From: Candidatus Pacearchaeota archaeon
GTDB taxonomy: Archaea > Nanobdellota > Nanobdellia > UBA10117 > JAFCGI01
Assembly: GCA_017608235.1 (NCBI GenBank)
Contig: JAFCGI010000001.1
Coordinates: forward strand, 1,423-65,422
Direction of reading: 5' to 3'
DNA: 64,000 bases
In this document: positions 60,571-64,000 of the stretch, piece by piece
Position numbering within the stretch: position 1 is the stretch's first letter
Layout of the letters: the number at the start of each line of letters is the position of its first letter
The notes under the pieces: generated by a model
Database searches by the model: none
What the model was told of the DNA's origin: nothing
What the model saw: only the letters and a program-made list of their open reading frames with translations
Position numbers and translations under genes: made by a program

Positions 60571-61590
60571 ATGATTCAAGATTATATAGAGAGAGATGGA
60601 GCATTTATTATTGCAGAAATAGGTGGAAATCATGAAGGAGATTTTGAGTATGCTAAAAAATTACTTTTAGATGTTGCTAAATCTGGTGCGCATGCTGTTA
60701 AATTTCAAATATATACTGGAGATAAGATTGTTAGTAAGGTAGAGAATCCTGGTAGGAATGAGCACTTTAAGAAATTTGAATTATCTGATGAACAGTTTAT
60801 TGAGCTAGCTAGACTGGCCAAAGAGAATAATATTTTATTTATGGCCTCTTTTTGGGATATTGATGCAATTGAGAGATTTGATCCATATATAGAAATTAAT
60901 AAGATTGGATCTGGAGATTTAACAAATTATCTTATATTGGAGATTCTTGCGAAGAAGAATAAACCACTTATTTTATCTACAGCTATGTCAACAATTGAAG
61001 AGATTAAGGATGCTATTGAATTTATTAATAAATCAAATCCAGTGTTGGTTAAAGAAAATAAGCTTTTTTTAATGCATTGTGTTGCTATGTATGGAGATCC
61101 TAAAGGAGAGTATGCTAATCTTTTATCTATTAAAAAACTACAAGATGAATTTCCAAATATTATGATTGGTTATTCAGATCATACTAAAGGAATTTATGCT
61201 TGTGAGTTAGCTATTGCTATGGGAGCAAGAATTATTGAAAAGCATTTTACAGATAATAAATCCAGAGAATTTAGGGATCATCATGTTTCTGCAGATTTAG
61301 AAGATATGAAATTGTTAATTGAAAAAGCTAAACAAGTGAATGTTTTACTTGGTAAATATGAGAAGGAGCCTATAAGCGCTGTGGAAACAGTTGAAAGAAT
61401 AAAGGAATTTAGGAAGGCAGTTTATCTAAAAAAAGATGTGCCTGCTGGTACGATTTTAACTGAGGATATTTTAATTACATTAAGGCCTAATAAAGGCATA
61501 GATGCTCGAAAGTTTTATGAAGTTGTAGGTAAAAAACTGAATAAAAACAAGAGTGCTTTTGAAGCTATTTATAAGAGTGATTTAGAATGA
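60571..61590 (+). CDS. neuB: N-acetylneuraminate synthase family protein
   Basis: IAEIGGNHEG, KIGSGD, MHCV..Y, GYSDHT, IEKHFT, SAF domain. Confidence 0.92.
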   Translation: MIQDYIERDGAFIIAEIGGNHEGDFEYAKKLLLDVAKSGAHAVKFQIYTGDKIVSKVENPGRNEHFKKFELSDEQFIELARLAKENNILFMASFWDIDAIERFDPYIEINKIGSGDLTNYLILEILAKKNKPLILSTAMSTIEEIKDAIEFINKSNPVLVKENKLFLMHCVAMYGDPKGEYANLLSIKKLQDEFPNIMIGYSDHTKGIYACELAIAMGARIIEKHFTDNKSREFRDHHVSADLEDMKLLIEKAKQVNVLLGKYEKEPISAVETVERIKEFRKAVYLKKDVPAGTILTEDILITLRPNKGIDARKFYEVVGKKLNKNKSAFEAIYKSDLE

Positions 61591-61895
61591 AATCAATTAA
61601 ACTACATCTTGGCTGTGATTTATATTATAAAGCTATAGAGATAGGCAAGCTTAGTGGACCAGAGGATTTTTTTAATAAATTTAAAAATTCTGATCTTATT
61701 TTAGTTAATTTTATGAATATGTCTGACGAAGATGCATATAAGTTGTTATTAGAGGCTAATACAGAATTGATACTAGATCATTATAAAAATACTAATGGTA
61801 ATATAGAAGAGGCAAATAGATTGATACAACAATTTGCTGATCTTTATTCAGGAAAAATAATTAATTTTAGAGGATCTAGACATTATGATAAATAA
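61587..61895 (+). pseudogene. Probable chimeric remnant (methyltransferase N-terminus plus radical-SAM C-terminus)
   Basis: MKSIKLHLGC then DLYYKAIEIGKL...VNFMNMSDE; no complete domain. Confidence 0.45.
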
Positions 61896-62598
61896 GAATA
61901 ATTCCAAAATTATTGCGGTAGTTCCTGCTCGTGGAGGTAGTAAGGGAATTCCTAGAAAAAATATTAAATTATTAAAAGGCAAGCCGCTAATAACATATAC
62001 AATAGAAGCAGCAAAAAAGTCAAAATTAATTGATCGTATTATTGTTTCTACAGATGATGTAGAAATTGCAAATATTGCGAAAGAGTGTGGAGCAGAGATA
62101 CCTTTTCTTCGTCCAGAAGAATTAGCAAAAGATGATATAACTGATTTACCAGTATTGCAGCATGTTCTTAAATGGTTGATAGTTAATGAAGATTGCAATC
62201 CAGATTTAATGATATACCTTAGACCTACTGCACCCATTCGAGATCCAGAAGATATTGATAGGGCTGTTAAATTACTGATGGATAGTTCTGCAGATTCTTT
62301 AAGAAGTGTTAGTCTTGTTAAAGAACATCCATATTGGATGTTTAAGCTAGATGAGAACAATGTACTTGAGGCATTTAATAAAGACAATTCGATTAGAGAA
62401 TATCCTAGAAGGCAGCTTTTGCCAGACTTATATATAATAAATGGTAATATAGATATAGTAAGATCTAGGAATATAACTGATAATAAACTTTATGGTAAAA
62501 AAGTAATTGGTTTTAATATAGACCATGAAAAAGCTATTGATATAGATTCTCTTTTAGATTTTAAACTAGCGGAGTTTATATTAGGTAAAAATGATTAA
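61885..62598 (+). CDS. neuA: Acylneuraminate cytidylyltransferase
   Basis: PARGGSKGIPRKN, VSTDD, PFLRP, LRPTAP, IDID..DF. Confidence 0.93.
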   Translation: MINKNNSKIIAVVPARGGSKGIPRKNIKLLKGKPLITYTIEAAKKSKLIDRIIVSTDDVEIANIAKECGAEIPFLRPEELAKDDITDLPVLQHVLKWLIVNEDCNPDLMIYLRPTAPIRDPEDIDRAVKLLMDSSADSLRSVSLVKEHPYWMFKLDENNVLEAFNKDNSIREYPRRQLLPDLYIINGNIDIVRSRNITDNKLYGKKVIGFNIDHEKAIDIDSLLDFKLAEFILGKND

Positions 62599-63643
62599 AA
62601 TTTCAGATAAATTTGTAGGTAAAGGACAACCTTGTTTTATTATAGCTGAAGCAGGAGTTAACCATAATGGGGATATAGAATTAGCTAAAAAACTAATTTT
62701 AGAGGCTGCTAGATCTGGTGCAGATGCTATAAAATTTCAGACTTTTTCTACAGATAATTTGATTGTTAGAGATGCGCCTAAGGCACAATATCAGAAGCAA
62801 ACAACATTGACTGAAGAATCCCAGTATGAAATGTTAAAAAAATTGGAATTAAATAAAGGACAATATAAAGAGCTTGTTGATTATGCTAATCACAATAAAA
62901 TAATCTTTCTCTCAACACCATATGATGAAGATAGTGTGGATCTTTTATATAGCTTAAATGTGCCAGCTTATAAAATTGCTTCTTGCGATTTAACTAATAT
63001 TCCTTTAATAGATCATATTGCTGATAAGAATAAACCTATTATTATTTCAACTGGTATGGCAACAATGGATGAAGTTGAAACTGCAGTATTACATATTAAA
63101 AAATATCATGATCATATTGTTTTATTACATTGTACTACCGAATATCCTACAAAATTAAAAGATGTTAATCTTCAGGCAATGATTGCTTTAAGAGAAAAGT
63201 TTGACTTACCTATAGGTTACTCAGATCATACAGATAGTTTTTTAGTTTCTTTAGCTGCAGTTTCATTAGGCGCGAATATTATTGAGAAACATTTTACGCT
63301 CGATAAATCTCTTTGGGGTCCAGACCATACGGCATCTGCAGATGTTGCAGAACTAGCAGCTTTAGTAAAATCAATACGGGATGTAGAATTATCTTTAGGA
63401 TCTTTTGATAAAAAGCCTACTAAAATTGAGTTAAAAAATAAAAAAGTTATGAGAAGAAGTATTTGTGCAAATAGAGATATTAAAGAAGGCGAGATTATTA
63501 GTAAGGATATGATATCTATTAAAAGACCAGGCATTGGATTAGAACCGAAGCATATCGCAGCGATTATAGGTAAAAAAATAAATAAAGATATAGCTAAAGA
63601 TAATTTTTTAACTAAAGATTATTTTAGGGAGAGAGAATTATGA
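62591..63643 (+). CDS. neuB: N-acetylneuraminate (nonulosonate) synthase
   Basis: IAEAGVNHNG, KFQTF, KIAS, STGM, LHCTTEYP, GYSDHT, IEKHFTL, GPDH. Confidence 0.94.
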   Translation: MIKISDKFVGKGQPCFIIAEAGVNHNGDIELAKKLILEAARSGADAIKFQTFSTDNLIVRDAPKAQYQKQTTLTEESQYEMLKKLELNKGQYKELVDYANHNKIIFLSTPYDEDSVDLLYSLNVPAYKIASCDLTNIPLIDHIADKNKPIIISTGMATMDEVETAVLHIKKYHDHIVLLHCTTEYPTKLKDVNLQAMIALREKFDLPIGYSDHTDSFLVSLAAVSLGANIIEKHFTLDKSLWGPDHTASADVAELAALVKSIRDVELSLGSFDKKPTKIELKNKKVMRRSICANRDIKEGEIISKDMISIKRPGIGLEPKHIAAIIGKKINKDIAKDNFLTKDYFREREL

Positions 63644-64000
63644 ATATTATTTTAATTGGTGCGGGCGGACAAGCACGTGTAATAATAGATATTTTACAAT
63701 ATGATAAAAACAATAAATTGGTTGGAATTATAGATAAGCAATTTTCTGAAGGTGAAATGATTAATAATGTACCTATATTAGGAACTTTTTCAGATTTACC
63801 TAAAGTTATTGAAGAATATGCAGTTACTGGAGCTATAATTGGGGTGGGAGATAATAGGCTTAGAGCAGAATATTATAATTTGCTTAAGAGTAAAGGATTA
63901 GAAATGATAAATGCTGTTCATCCTAGTGTAAGTATAGCAAATAATGTAGTATTAGGGGATGGTAATGTTATTTGTAGAAAAGCGGTTATATGCACAAATG
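63640..64000 (+). CDS. neuD: NeuD/PglD-type sugar acetyltransferase, 5' part (runs off window)
   Basis: Manual translation MNIILIGAGGQARVIID...VPILG...IGVGDN.LR...VHPS followed by hexapeptide repeats. Confidence 0.85.
   Translation, partial: MNIILIGAGGQARVIIDILQYDKNNKLVGIIDKQFSEGEMINNVPILGTFSDLPKVIEEYAVTGAIIGVGDNRLRAEYYNLLKSKGLEMINAVHPSVSIANNVVLGDGNVICRKAVICTN

Noticed and set aside
2096..63534. Numerous 60-190 aa antisense ORFs (e.g. 6898-7371, 14531-14962, 17616-18194, 27373-27813, 61848-62387)
   Set aside because: They are shadows of well-supported genes on the opposite strand, with no motifs.

Overview
This is very AT-rich, gene-dense archaeal chromosome, most consistent with a DPANN lineage (Woesearchaeota/Pacearchaeota-like). 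That assignment is inferred from the gene set and style: PolB, PolD, Cdc6, RadB, LonB, split Hef, many near-leaderless genes. The window contains a replication origin (ORB repeats plus an AT-rich unwinding element) next to cdc6-DP1-DP2, an iscSU unit, a dTTP-synthesis operon with a divergent two-domain ThyX, an inserted MNT-HEPN cassette, and the start of a nonulosonic-acid glycosylation cluster. The most striking region is the dNTP-supply cluster at 1-8500. (i) A class III ribonucleotide reductase carries an NrdR-type DNA-binding Zn ribbon fused to its own ATP cone, and sits directly behind two near-consensus NrdR boxes 32 bp apart, so it is a candidate self-repressing RNR. (ii) A thioredoxin reductase has its catalytic CxxC split by a 395-aa LAGLIDADG intein. 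(iii) A second, ATP-cone-less NrdD paralog lies at the window edge. No tRNA, rRNA or CRISPR array was seen. All calls are by-eye motif recognition; no database searches were run.
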